DNA of 64,000 nt from Thermodesulfobacteriota bacterium (lineage in GTDB: Bacteria > Desulfobacterota > Desulfobacteria > Desulfobacterales > SURF-7). Position numbers and translations under genes: made by a program. Below, piece after piece: positions 49,301 through 59,007 of the stretch (position 1 is the first letter of the stretch; the number at the start of each line of letters is the position of its first letter). The stretch spans positions 242,622-306,621 of the forward strand of contig JBMORA010000001.1 in NCBI GenBank assembly GCA_049320885.1. The letters run 5' to 3'. A model generated the notes under the pieces. The model did no database searches. It saw only the letters and a program-made list of their open reading frames with translations, and had not been told where the DNA came from.

Positions 49301-51921
49301 TGCCGGGCAGCGCTTCGATCCTGAGTTTTTCAACGGATAAGACGGATTACCAGGTGGGTGAGGAAGCCATCCTGACCATCCCCACCGGCAAGGAAGGCCG
49401 GGTGCTGGTAAGCGTCGAATCCAATTCGAGAGTCCTGCATACCGCCTGGGTGCGGCCGGAAGGCGAAACCACGCGCTACCGGCTGAAAACGACGCCGGAA
49501 ATGGCCCCGAATGTCTACCTGCACGCGACCTATCTCCAGCCCCACGGCCAGGGGACCAATGATCTGCCCATCCGCCTCTATGGCGTCACGCGCATGAACG
49601 TGCATGATCCGGCCACCAGGCTGGCGCCGGTGATCCGGAGCCCGGAGGTGTTGGTTCCCGGCCAGAAGGCCGGAATCACGGTCAGCGAGGATTCCCACCG
49701 GCCCATGACCTATACCCTGGCACTGGTGGACGAAGGGCTGTTGGATCTGACCCGTTTCAACACACCGGATCCCTGGGCGTATTTCTACCAGACCGTGGCC
49801 CTGGGCGTGAAAACCTGGGATCTCTTCGACCTGGTGTCAGGAGCCTATGGCGGCAAACTGGAGAAACTGCTGGCCATCGGCGGCGACGAGGCCCTGATGG
49901 ACAACGCCAAGAAAAAAGCCCGGCGGTTTCCACCCCTGGTGCGTTTTATAGGACCTTTTCACCTGGAAGCCGACGGCGCCCGAACCCATGAAATCGATAT
50001 CCCGCCAACCATCGGCTCCGTGCGGATCATGCTGGTGGCGGCTCACGAAAAATCCTTCGGCTTTGCCGAAAAAGCCGTCCATGTCCGCAAACCGCTCATG
50101 GTGGCGAGCACCCTGCCCAGGGTCTTGGGTCCGGAAGAAACCGTCGCCTTCCCCATCACGGTTTTTGCCATGGATCCCGGGATCAGGGACGTCACCGTCC
50201 GGATCAGAACCGAAGGCCCCCTCGCTGCCGAAGGTGAAACCGAAAAACGCATTGCCTTCACCACCCAGGGCGAGGAGGTCGTGGAGATGAAACTCGCCGC
50301 CGGAGCCCAACCGGGAATCGCCCGGGTTTTCGTAACAGCCGAGGACGGTGGTGAAAGCGCCGCGGAAACCACCGAAATCGATGTCCGCGCGAATTCCGAG
50401 CCGGTGACGGAAGTGGTTCATGGAACCATCGAAACGGGCGGTGTTTTCGAGCGGGAAATCAACCTGCCGGGCAGACCCGGCACCAACAGCGCCTCCCTGG
50501 AAATATCCGCCTTCATGCCCATGGACATCGGCAAACGCCTGGACTACCTGATCCATTATCCCCACGGCTGCCTGGAGCAAACCGTTTCCGCCGCCTTCCC
50601 CCAATTGTATCTCGGCGAGCTGCTCCGGCTTTCCCCGCGGAAGCAGGACCAGGTGCAGCGACACATCGAGACGGCGCTTCAAAAGCTGCGCTCTTTCCAG
50701 TCCCTCAACGGCGGATTTCAATATTGGCCCGGAGATCAGCGCACCGAAGACTGGGTGTCCAATTATGCCGGGCATTTTCTGGTCGAAGCGGAAAAAACCG
50801 GCTATCTCGTGCCCCGGCAGATGATCTCCCAATGGTTGGCGTATCAACGGGCCAAGTCGCGCTCCTGGGTGACGGGCACCGTCGCTTCCGAGCTGATCCA
50901 GGCCTATCGCCTGTTCACCCTCGCCCTGGCCGGTGATCCGGATCTGGGCGCCATGAACCGGCTGCGGGAGTCCAAAGACCTGCCCGTGACCGCCAAGTGG
51001 AACCTGGCCGCCGCCTATTTCATGGCCGGCCAACCGGAAGCCGCCGCGCAACTGGCCAAGGCCGGGGATACCACGGTTGCACCCTACCGGGAACTGGCCA
51101 ATACCTATGGCTCCGATTTGCGCGACAAGGCCATGATTCTCCAGGCCATGTGCCTGATGAACCGGGCCGGGGAAGGCGAAGCCATCGCCCGGGAAATTTC
51201 CGCAAGCCTGACGGGCGACAAATGGCTCAGCACCCAGTCCGGCGCCTATGAATTGATGGCCATGGCGCGTTACTCCGGCGCCCTGACAGGCGCCCGGATG
51301 GATTTTGAATATGCCTGGAACGGCTCTCCGGTTGCGCCGGTTTCGGATTCCACTCCGGCAATTCAGATACCGCTGGAGCCGGGCGGCGGGACCTCCGGCA
51401 AGCTGACCATCCGCAACACCGGTTCAACGACCCTGTACCCCCGGCTCCTCCTGCGGGGGATCCCGGCCATGGGCGCTGAAACCGCATCCGAAAACGGCCT
51501 GGGCATGTCCATGGTCTTTCTGGATTCTTCCGGACGCGACCTCGATCCGGTAACCATCGAACAGGGAACGGATTTCACCGCCCGGGTGACCATCCGGAAC
51601 ACCGGCCAGGCGGGGGCCTACGAGGCCGTGGCCCTCAGCGAGGTATTTCCATCCGGCTGGGAAATCCGCAACCTGCGCCTGGACCCCGCCGTGGAATCCG
51701 ACAATCATTTATTTGAGTACCAGGATGTCCGGGATGACCGGGTGTACACCTATTTCCATATCGGCCAGGGCGAGTCCAGAACCTACTCCGTCCTGCTGAA
51801 CGCCGCCTATCGCGGGAAATTCTATCTTCCACTGATCAAGACGGAAGCCATGTACGACGGCACCATCCACGCCCGGATTCCGGGGAAATGGGTGGAAGTC
51901 GTCAAGGCCGGCATACAATAG
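46345..51921 (+). CDS. yfhM: Bacterial alpha-2-macroglobulin lipoprotein
   Basis: Lipobox PAG-C, ERGVWRPGD, thioester GCLEQ, DVRDDRV and EAMYD; followed by pbpC. Confidence 0.93.
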   Translation: MKKTVLALWLLVFTSILFPAGCEKKEEVQPIGPPDPKIVSYHSDDRISRQGPIKVVFTSDLAAPHLIDQVLEPSPFTFTPAITGKALFQNPRTLVFIPSPRLPGGNNFDVSVDMTAFLPKEAENAVFGFKFRTIEPDFDITHDNLEPVAPDKLQFQRLTGKITTADTAEAGEVEKVLKAVQEGKALAVTWTHAGDKRSHLFTVDGIQRGENPSQVELTWDGASMEVKKTGKETIEVPALQAFSMSGFQVLEKEERHLAVQFSDPLEKNQDLRGLIRVGNLTELRFEIIDNSVHIYSLTGLSGSNTVSLEPGIRNSMGKKLPEPVSFEVNFEPMKPQVRFAGKGVILPTSRELVLPIEAVNLRAVTVSALHIYETSIPQFLQVNTLDGEKELKRVGRTVWKKKIPLETPPDKNNQWVRYGLDLASLVEKNTHGIFRLQLTFGREDIIYPCKGEPAPLKNAAPSALPDATETDSEDDELEDSLWDSVENYYGDSEYEDSYDQRTNPCSRSYYRRYYDHNITVARNVLISDIGLIAKRGTDKILFAAATGIRSAAPLAGAELTLLDYQQQVISQGKTDEQGLARLSFERKPYLLVANQNGQTAYLRVDDGQALSLSHFDIAGQEVTEGMKGFIYGERGVWRPGDTIFLTLILLDETRTLPATHPVVFELRNPKGQIVKTHQTREALNGFYCFQTATAEDAPTGTWTVRAKAGGAVFEKSLRIETVMPNRLKVKLDLGPEGTQLEGGTIQGELSAAWLHGAIAKNLKSDVELNFSAVKTTFKNHEEYVFDDPAREYQPERQTVFEGSLDENGRVAIKAEISAKNLSPGMLSADFRTRVFEYGGAFSVDRVSYPYHPYQRYVGLRLPPGDSARNMLLTDTRHPARIVLLDPRGKPVPKGRVKVELAKIKWRWWWDKGADELAGFASGDEYRPMAATELEVVNGQAEWPFEIKYPEWGRFFVRVTDLEGGHSTGRTFYADWPGWAGRGRQDMPGSASILSFSTDKTDYQVGEEAILTIPTGKEGRVLVSVESNSRVLHTAWVRPEGETTRYRLKTTPEMAPNVYLHATYLQPHGQGTNDLPIRLYGVTRMNVHDPATRLAPVIRSPEVLVPGQKAGITVSEDSHRPMTYTLALVDEGLLDLTRFNTPDPWAYFYQTVALGVKTWDLFDLVSGAYGGKLEKLLAIGGDEALMDNAKKKARRFPPLVRFIGPFHLEADGARTHEIDIPPTIGSVRIMLVAAHEKSFGFAEKAVHVRKPLMVASTLPRVLGPEETVAFPITVFAMDPGIRDVTVRIRTEGPLAAEGETEKRIAFTTQGEEVVEMKLAAGAQPGIARVFVTAEDGGESAAETTEIDVRANSEPVTEVVHGTIETGGVFEREINLPGRPGTNSASLEISAFMPMDIGKRLDYLIHYPHGCLEQTVSAAFPQLYLGELLRLSPRKQDQVQRHIETALQKLRSFQSLNGGFQYWPGDQRTEDWVSNYAGHFLVEAEKTGYLVPRQMISQWLAYQRAKSRSWVTGTVASELIQAYRLFTLALAGDPDLGAMNRLRESKDLPVTAKWNLAAAYFMAGQPEAAAQLAKAGDTTVAPYRELANTYGSDLRDKAMILQAMCLMNRAGEGEAIAREISASLTGDKWLSTQSGAYELMAMARYSGALTGARMDFEYAWNGSPVAPVSDSTPAIQIPLEPGGGTSGKLTIRNTGSTTLYPRLLLRGIPAMGAETASENGLGMSMVFLDSSGRDLDPVTIEQGTDFTARVTIRNTGQAGAYEAVALSEVFPSGWEIRNLRLDPAVESDNHLFEYQDVRDDRVYTYFHIGQGESRTYSVLLNAAYRGKFYLPLIKTEAMYDGTIHARIPGKWVEVVKAGIQ

Positions 51922-51946
51922 AAACTTGCGGCGGAGATGGTTTCAC

Positions 51947-54406
51947 ATGATCCTTTTGTTTCGAAATGCCGGACGGCGCCTTTTCCGCTTTATCCGGAAA
52001 ACCGGCGGCCTGATACCCCTGGGTTGGCTGTTCATCCCGTTGGCCTTCCCGGTTCTGTTGTTCTTTGTATTTTCCGGAAAAAACGAACCCGTTTTCCAGG
52101 CCCCCTATTCCCAACTGCTGCTGGATCAAAACGGTGAACTGCTGGGAGCCGCCATTGCCGACGACGACCAGTGGCGTTTCCCGCCGGCCGGACAAGTGCC
52201 GGAACGCTTCGTCGATGCTCTGCTGCTCTTTGAGGACCGCCGTTTTCACCGGCATCCGGGAGTGGATCCCCTGGCCCTGGCCAGGGCCGTCAAACAAAAC
52301 ATTCTGGCCGGGAAAAAAATCAGCGGGGCTTCCACCATCACCATGCAAGTGATCCGGCTGTCCCGGCCCGGCCGGCCGCGTTCCTTTGTTGAAAAAATCA
52401 TCGAAATGCTGCTGGCCCTGAGGCTGGAAACCCGCAAAAGCAAGGCGGAAATCCTTTCCCTGTATGCGGCCCACGCCCCGTTCGGCGGGAATGTGGTCGG
52501 CATCGAGGCCGCCGCCTGGCGCTTTTTCGGTCATGCCCCAGGGGAGCTGACCTGGGCGGAAGCCGCCGTCCTGGCGGTGCTGCCCAACAGCCCGGGCCTG
52601 ATCCACCCCGGAAAAAACCCGCACCTGCTGATGAAAAAACGCAACCGGCTGCTGATGCGCCTTCAGGAAAAAGGCCGGATCGATGAACTGACCTGCCGGC
52701 TGGCAATGCAGGAACCCCTGCCCGATTGGGGCAACCCCATACCCAATGTGGCGCCGCACCTGCTGGAACGGGTCAAGACCAGGCGGAAACTCGCCGGTGG
52801 AAGCAACCAGGACGCGGCGGCCGCACGGCTGCAAACGAGCCTCGTAAAAGAACTCCAGGTTGCCGCAACCGAAATCCTGGTGAAGCATCACCTGCGGCTA
52901 AGACAGAACCGCATCGAAAACGCCGCGGCTCTGATCCTGGATGTCAAGACCGGTAATGTCCTGGCATATATCGGCAACGTTCCCGGAAGCAGGAACCATG
53001 AGCATGCCAACTGCGTGGATATCATCATGGCCAGACGCAGCACGGGCAGCATTCTCAAACCCCTGTTGTACGCGGGCATGCTGGATTCCGGCGAGATGCT
53101 GCCCGCCACCCTTTTTCCGGATGTCCCCACCCGGCTGGGAGGCTTCGCCCCGCAAAATTTCGGTAAAACCTACCAGGGGGCCGTGACCGCCGCAACCGCC
53201 CTGATCCGCTCCCTCAACGTTCCGGCGGTGCGTATGCTCCAGTCATACGGAGTCGGACGGTTCTGTTCCCTGTTGAAATCCGTGGGCATGACGACCCTGC
53301 ACCGCGGAGCCGACGAATACGGTCTCGCCGTGATTCTGGGCGGCGCGGAAGGCCGCCTGTGGGAGATCACCGGGATATACGCAGGCCTGGCCCGACTGGC
53401 CCTTTCCCAGTCAGCGGACCCGCGAAAACGGGCCTTCTTTCCCCCGGCCTTCATCCCGGCGCCCGTAACCGCCCTCCACCATGACCCGGCCCGGACGGAT
53501 GGCGAACTGAATTCTCCGCTTTCACCGGCCGCTGCCTGGCTGACCCTCAACACGCTTTCCGAACTGGTCCGGCCGGAGGAGGAAGGCGACTGGCGCAGTT
53601 TCAAGTCCGCCGCCCGGATCGCCTGGAAGACCGGAACCAGCTATGGGTTCCGGGATGGCTGGGCCGTGGGGACCACCGCCCGGCATGCCGTGGGGGTATG
53701 GGTCGGAAACGCCGACGGCGAAGGCCGGCCCGACTTGACGGGAATCCACGCCGCCGCCCCCATTCTTTTCGATCTGTTCCGCATCCTGGGAGATCAGCCT
53801 TGGTTCTACATGAAGCCCAAGGGGCTTGTCACCATACAGGTCTGCGCCCACAGCGGACATCGCGCCGGAATGGACTGCGCGGAAACCAGAACCGTGCCGG
53901 CACCGAAGGCCGGGCTTGGCAGCGCTGTCTGCCCTTATTGCCGGACCATCCATTGCGATGGGGAAAAGCGCTATCGCCTGCATTCCAAATGCGCCCGGAT
54001 CGCCGACCTGCAGCCGGCGAAATGGTTTGTACTGCCGCCCGCCATGGAGTGGTATTACCGCAAATGCCATTCCGACTACAAGCCGCTGCCACCCTTCCGG
54101 AACGACTGCCGCGAGGTTCTTCCACCGGCAACCACCACCTCCATGTGCCTGCTGTATCCCGGCCGGAACGATCGAATCTATGTTCCGCTGGAACTCGGCG
54201 GTGACAGGGGGCGCACCGTTTTCCAGGCGGCCCACCGCGATCTGCGGGCCGCCGTTTACTGGCACCTTGACGAAAATTTCATCGGCAGCACCCGGGAGAT
54301 TCATCACATGGCCCTCATGCCGTCTCCCGGCCCTCACATATTGACGCTGGTGGATGAAAACGGCGAACGGCTGGTTAAAAAATTTGTGGTGCTGGATAAG
54401 CAGTAA
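51947..54406 (+). CDS. pbpC: Penicillin-binding protein 1C
   Basis: EDRRF.HPGVD, GASTITMQ, STGSILKP, SLN and WKTGTSYGFRDGW. Confidence 0.95.
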   Translation: MILLFRNAGRRLFRFIRKTGGLIPLGWLFIPLAFPVLLFFVFSGKNEPVFQAPYSQLLLDQNGELLGAAIADDDQWRFPPAGQVPERFVDALLLFEDRRFHRHPGVDPLALARAVKQNILAGKKISGASTITMQVIRLSRPGRPRSFVEKIIEMLLALRLETRKSKAEILSLYAAHAPFGGNVVGIEAAAWRFFGHAPGELTWAEAAVLAVLPNSPGLIHPGKNPHLLMKKRNRLLMRLQEKGRIDELTCRLAMQEPLPDWGNPIPNVAPHLLERVKTRRKLAGGSNQDAAAARLQTSLVKELQVAATEILVKHHLRLRQNRIENAAALILDVKTGNVLAYIGNVPGSRNHEHANCVDIIMARRSTGSILKPLLYAGMLDSGEMLPATLFPDVPTRLGGFAPQNFGKTYQGAVTAATALIRSLNVPAVRMLQSYGVGRFCSLLKSVGMTTLHRGADEYGLAVILGGAEGRLWEITGIYAGLARLALSQSADPRKRAFFPPAFIPAPVTALHHDPARTDGELNSPLSPAAAWLTLNTLSELVRPEEEGDWRSFKSAARIAWKTGTSYGFRDGWAVGTTARHAVGVWVGNADGEGRPDLTGIHAAAPILFDLFRILGDQPWFYMKPKGLVTIQVCAHSGHRAGMDCAETRTVPAPKAGLGSAVCPYCRTIHCDGEKRYRLHSKCARIADLQPAKWFVLPPAMEWYYRKCHSDYKPLPPFRNDCREVLPPATTTSMCLLYPGRNDRIYVPLELGGDRGRTVFQAAHRDLRAAVYWHLDENFIGSTREIHHMALMPSPGPHILTLVDENGERLVKKFVVLDKQ

Positions 54407-54457
54407 AAAAAATAAAAGCCGGAGCCCGGACTTTCAATCAGTTCCGGCCTCCGGCTT
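54405..54457 (-). terminator. Hairpin terminator between convergent pbpC and PEP-CTERM genes
   Basis: AAGCCGGAG.../...CTCCGGCTT inverted repeat with a poly-A on + (U tract on the - strand). Confidence 0.65.
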
Positions 54458-54512
54458 GTGGCAGCATGATGGCTCATTGCTTTTTATGGCTTGATCAAAA
54501 CCAGCCGTCTGT

Positions 54513-55064
54513 TTATTTTTTCAATTTCTTTCTTGAGAGACCCGCGATACCGACCAAGCCGGTTCCCAGGAGGAACATGGTTGCAGGCTCCGGAACAGGA
54601 GCTGCGCCATTGAACTCGTCAACATGGCTGATTTTTCCGACGTTCTTAATACTGACGATTCCAGGAATATCCAGGTCAACCACTCCCCAAGCCAAATTAG
54701 ATACATTCCTGTAAAGGAAGGTGTTATAATCGCCGACATTTCCGGTTTTAATGAGAAAGTACAAGGGGGCGTCCGTGATAAAATCAATTGCAAACACTCT
54801 GTTATCTGTGTCTGTTGCTATCCACCAGTCGGTTCCAGGGCCGTCTTCATCATACTTTTCCTCCAGGATGATATCGGAAACGCCCAGCACCGTTTGAACC
54901 CAATTCAGTTCGGTTTCATCGCCGCTGTTTGCAAGATTGGTGGCCTGTAAAAATTCATCCACGCCACCCACGTCGATCGTCCCCGCATTGATCGTGAAAG
55001 ACCACGCCGCGCTGGAAAATACGAACAAACAAATGAAGCTGTAAAACATTACCATTCTTTTCAT
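54513..55064 (-). CDS. PEP-CTERM sorting domain protein
   Basis: Signal peptide; C-terminus VPEPATMFLLGTGLVGIAGLSRKKLKK. Confidence 0.92.
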   Translation of the reverse strand: MKRMVMFYSFICLFVFSSAAWSFTINAGTIDVGGVDEFLQATNLANSGDETELNWVQTVLGVSDIILEEKYDEDGPGTDWWIATDTDNRVFAIDFITDAPLYFLIKTGNVGDYNTFLYRNVSNLAWGVVDLDIPGIVSIKNVGKISHVDEFNGAAPVPEPATMFLLGTGLVGIAGLSRKKLKK

Positions 55065-55131
55065 GACCGTCTCTCCTTTGCCACACTGATTATTTTTTAC
55101 AACGCTATTTTCATCGTAGTGCCTTGATGGA

Positions 55132-55147
55132 AGCAACAAATAAGCCA
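55132..55147 (-). promoter_or_regulatory. sigma54 promoter of PEP-CTERM gene 1
   Basis: Minus strand TGGCTT-ATTTG-TTGCT (GG-N10-GC) with an AT-rich tract upstream. Confidence 0.7.
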
Positions 55148-55342
55148 AAAATAAATTCAAACAAGTAATTTAAAATTTAATTTTAATTTCAATTTATTAT
55201 ATTTTTTTCTACCGCTTCTCCAATCGCACATGAGGTATTTATGCAATATAGAATTATGAATTGTTTGCCACACTATTACTTTCATTTCTCATGGTACGAT
55301 GGTTCCCTGATCTGTACGGCTTTATGATAAGGAGCCGCCTGT

Positions 55343-55978
55343 TTATTTTTTCAATTTCCTTCTTGAGAGGCCCGCTATACCGACCAGGCCGGTTCCCAGC
55401 AGAATCATGGTCGCGGGCTCGGGCACCGCAGCCGGTGGATCATCAGGCATCTCGCTGATATAGCTGTCACTTAAGTCACCGATATTGATGACATGCATTC
55501 CAATGCGCAAATTGCCTCCAAGCATGGCGCTCAGTACATCGTTGAAAACCCCGTCAAACAGGAAGGACACCTGCTCCCCCGCATTGACGCCCCAGTCCGG
55601 GGCGGGCTTGTCCGCATCCTCGCCGAAATCGGCATCGAAGGAAATGTTATTTCCCTGGGGCAGGGTAAGGTTTACTGCGGGATGGAAGCCCACCCCACCT
55701 GTGGAATTGGCTGCGTGGAAAGACCCGTTTGCCAACAGATCGTCGGGAGTGTATTCAAACAGAATTTTGGCGATGGTGGAAATGTCCGGGCCATTATTAT
55801 AAATGGTGAACAGAACTTGATCTGCATTGAAAGAGGAGATGTCTCCGGAAAAATTATGGGAAAGATCAAGTCCCGGATTGTCATCCGAAGGGACATCGAC
55901 AAATCCGAATGGGATCGCCATGACCGGTGCGGCTATTAGTAGAAGCGCCACAAGTAACAATAGGATCCGTTTTTTCAT
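55343..55978 (-). CDS. PEP-CTERM sorting domain protein
   Basis: Signal peptide; C-terminus VPEPATMILLGTGLVGIAGLSRRKLKK. Confidence 0.92.
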   Translation of the reverse strand: MKKRILLLLVALLLIAAPVMAIPFGFVDVPSDDNPGLDLSHNFSGDISSFNADQVLFTIYNNGPDISTIAKILFEYTPDDLLANGSFHAANSTGGVGFHPAVNLTLPQGNNISFDADFGEDADKPAPDWGVNAGEQVSFLFDGVFNDVLSAMLGGNLRIGMHVINIGDLSDSYISEMPDDPPAAVPEPATMILLGTGLVGIAGLSRRKLKK

Positions 55979-56056
55979 AGGCCCTGTTCCTTTCAATATA
56001 TCAAAGTTCCTTACTTGTTTACTTGTGTTGCAATTCATCGTGCTATCCACCTGAAA

Positions 56057-56072
56057 AGCAAATCCCGCGCCA
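56057..56072 (-). promoter_or_regulatory. sigma54 promoter of PEP-CTERM gene 2
   Basis: Minus strand TGGCGC-GGGAT-TTGCT (GG-N10-GC). Confidence 0.72.
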
Positions 56073-56363
56073 TTTTTCACCGCATGCCGGAATAATTTTT
56101 TTTGCTATTTTTCCTGTGGGTTAGTATTCTCTTGACAGACGCTTTGCACAATCAAATCCGGTGAATTGAGCCAGCTGGCCGCAAAATTTCTATAACATTT
56201 TTTACATATCCATAACACCAGTGGTGTCATGATGTATGAATGACCGCAAATTCAATCAAAGATCCGGCATGCCAACATATGGAATTCCGGCGATAGTCAT
56301 TTGACCTAGCCACCAGACCGGACCGGATGGAATTCAAACACGCCGCACTTTTCCGGAGGGTCG

Positions 56364-58343
56364 CTACCCGTCGGCTTGTTTGCTTTTATCCAGGACTCGC
56401 CTGACAGCCCGGGCCAGCTCGCGCTTTAATATGGGTTTGTTGACCAGGGCGTGCACGCCTTGCGGCAGCTGGTCTCCGGATTCCAGCTGGGTGCTGAATC
56501 CGGTGCAAACAATGACGGGAAATTCCGGCCGGAACGCATGAATCCGGGCTGCCAGGTCAATACCGGTGAGATGGGGCATGGTCTGATCGCTGATGACCAG
56601 GTCGTATCGATCCGGACCGGCGAGAAAAGCCTGGAGCGCTTCAATGCTGCTGGCCCGCGACTCCACCTTGTATCCGAGTTCGGACAGCATCTCGACAATC
56701 AGTTCCCGGACGATCTCCTCATCATCCACCGCGAGAATCGCCTCATTGCCGCCGGGCAAGAATTCCTGGTTCGAAGCTTCTTCCCGGACGGTTGCATCGA
56801 TGCCGGGCAGATAAATCTGGATGGTGGTTCCTTTACCGGGTTCGCTGTATACCTTGACGGCCCCGTTCAAGTTCTTAACGATCCCATGCACCACGGAGAG
56901 CCCCAACCCGGAACCTTCGCCTTTTACCTTGGTGGTGAAATAGGGATTGAACATTTTTTCCATGGTTGTGCGGTCCATACCGTGACCGGTATCAGCCACG
57001 GTCAGCCGGATGAAGCGTCCCGGCCGCAAGTCCAGAAAATCACCGCTGGTGGATTCATCGATCTCAAAACGCGTCAAACGAACGCGCATGGTCCCGCCCT
57101 TTTCCCTCATGGCGTGAAAGGCGTTTGTGCAGAGATTCATGACAATCTGGTGAAGCTGGGTCGGGTCGGCATATACCTCGCCGACATCCGGATCAATCTC
57201 GGTTTCAAACAGGATGGTGGAGGGAATCGAAGCGCGCAGCAGGGCCAGGGCCTCCGTGACCACAGGACCGACGGCCGTCGGTTTCAGTACGGGCTCGGAT
57301 TGCCGGCTGAACGCCAAAATCTGACCGACCAAGTTCCGGGCGCGCTCTCCGGCCTGGAACACCCGGGACAGACGCCGGTGAAGCGAACCGCCCGGCATGG
57401 CCTCCGCCAGGGACATTTCCGTGTATCCCATGATGGCGGACAAAATATTGTTGAAATCGTGGGCGATGCCGCCGGCCAGGGTGCCGATGGCTTCCATTTT
57501 CTGGGCCTGGATCAGCTGCTGCTCCAGCTTTTTCACCTGGGTGATGTCACGAACAAAATTCAGGATGGCGGACCGTTCCTGCCAGCGCGTTCGAACGGCG
57601 TTGATCTGCAGCCAGAGGACATCCCCCGATTTATTCATCGCCCGGAACGTGAAATACCCGAGATTCGAGTTTCTTTTCAATTTGTCCATGTAATGCTGCA
57701 ACAAAACGCCGCGATCCTGGGGATGAACCATCTGTTTGAAAGGAATCCCGGCCAGTTCCTCCATGGTGTATCCAAGCATGCTCAAGGTGCGGGGATTGGC
57801 GAAAATGATATGATCCTCGCGGGTGATAAAAATGGCGTCATGGGCGTTTTCCACCAGCAACCGGTACATTTCCTCGGATTCGCGCAGGACCCTGGTGCGC
57901 TCATCCACCAGGTTTTCCAGATGCCCGGTATATTGTCGGAGTTTTTCCTCAAGAGCTTTCTTCTCCTGGGTATTGCGGGCGACGCCATAAACCTGAAGAA
58001 GATTTCCCGCTTCATCGTATACGGCCCGGGTTCGTATCTGAATCCATATTCGTTGCCCATCGCGATCCAATATCTGCAGATCCCACGGCTGTTCCACCGG
58101 TTCGCCGCGCCGCTGCTTCTCGGTTCGCCATTGCGCCTCGGCAATATATTCGGGGGGAAGTAAGGTTTGAAAATCGAGGTTGCGGATCTCTTCCGGGGAG
58201 TAGTGCACCACCTGTTGCCATGAGGGACTGAGATAGGTGATCCGGCCATCTGCGTCGTGGCTGAACACCACGTCCTCCAGATGCGCCAACATTTCCTTGT
58301 AGATGGCGAGATCTTCGGAAACGTTCGGCAGCGGGGTTTCCAT
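56364..58343 (-). CDS. PAS-PAS hybrid histidine kinase
   Basis: PAS units, [16 protein letters not shown] and REC. Confidence 0.92.
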   Translation of the reverse strand: METPLPNVSEDLAIYKEMLAHLEDVVFSHDADGRITYLSPSWQQVVHYSPEEIRNLDFQTLLPPEYIAEAQWRTEKQRRGEPVEQPWDLQILDRDGQRIWIQIRTRAVYDEAGNLLQVYGVARNTQEKKALEEKLRQYTGHLENLVDERTRVLRESEEMYRLLVENAHDAIFITREDHIIFANPRTLSMLGYTMEELAGIPFKQMVHPQDRGVLLQHYMDKLKRNSNLGYFTFRAMNKSGDVLWLQINAVRTRWQERSAILNFVRDITQVKKLEQQLIQAQKMEAIGTLAGGIAHDFNNILSAIMGYTEMSLAEAMPGGSLHRRLSRVFQAGERARNLVGQILAFSRQSEPVLKPTAVGPVVTEALALLRASIPSTILFETEIDPDVGEVYADPTQLHQIVMNLCTNAFHAMREKGGTMRVRLTRFEIDESTSGDFLDLRPGRFIRLTVADTGHGMDRTTMEKMFNPYFTTKVKGEGSGLGLSVVHGIVKNLNGAVKVYSEPGKGTTIQIYLPGIDATVREEASNQEFLPGGNEAILAVDDEEIVRELIVEMLSELGYKVESRASSIEALQAFLAGPDRYDLVISDQTMPHLTGIDLAARIHAFRPEFPVIVCTGFSTQLESGDQLPQGVHALVNKPILKRELARAVRRVLDKSKQADG

Positions 58344-58568
58344 GGGACGGACCTCTTACAGCCGGCTCAATTTGGTTTATTATGGGGGCGTTGTATCAGT
58401 TCTGCTTGCTGTTATCAAATATTACCCGAGGCCAATAGGAGTGTCAAGGCTAACAAGGTCGGGCAAATGCCTGCATCGGTCCCCCAAATGGAACCTGAGA
58501 GACATGCTGCACCTCCCGGCGAGGTCGGATGAAATGGATGGGCGCCATCCGGAGTTACCATCAAAACA

Positions 58569-58961
58569 TCAGGCCATTTTCAGCAACCCGTGAATGGATT
58601 TCAGCAGCAACTCCTTATCCACCGGTTTATCAATGAAAATATCGGGCGAAAAATACTCCTGATCGGTTTCCTTATCGAAGGTCACCCCCACCTCATCCGC
58701 CATGGCGGAAATCCCGATAATAGGCAGATGCTTGAATTCTTCGCTGTTGCGAATTTGCCGGCACAGTTCGAATCCGGAAAACAGATTTTCCATCATCACA
58801 TCCAGCAAGATCAGATCAGGAGGTTGCGCTTGTATCCGCTCCCAGCCGGTCTTTCCATCTTCGGCGGCGATGACATCAAATCCGTTGCGTTCCAGGAATA
58901 AACCCATTGTGAATCGAAAATCAGGGTTATCATCCACCAGGATTATTTTCTTTTTTTCCAT
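58569..58961 (-). CDS. Single-domain response regulator (CheY-like)
   Basis: ILVDD, LILLDVMM, ISA and DKP. Confidence 0.9.
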   Translation of the reverse strand: MEKKKIILVDDNPDFRFTMGLFLERNGFDVIAAEDGKTGWERIQAQPPDLILLDVMMENLFSGFELCRQIRNSEEFKHLPIIGISAMADEVGVTFDKETDQEYFSPDIFIDKPVDKELLLKSIHGLLKMA

Positions 58962-59007
58962 GGTTTCCTCCATCCGATTGACTTGTAAATTCAAACGCAT
59001 CCATGCG

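Larger units (their letters stand above)
54503..55426. repeat. Direct repeat of about 95 bp (54503-54596 and 55333-55426) covering the PEP-CTERM tail and a short 3' flank
   Basis: agccgYctgtttattttttcaatttcYttcttgagagRcccgcKataccgaccaRgccggttcccag is shared by both copies. Confidence 0.8.
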
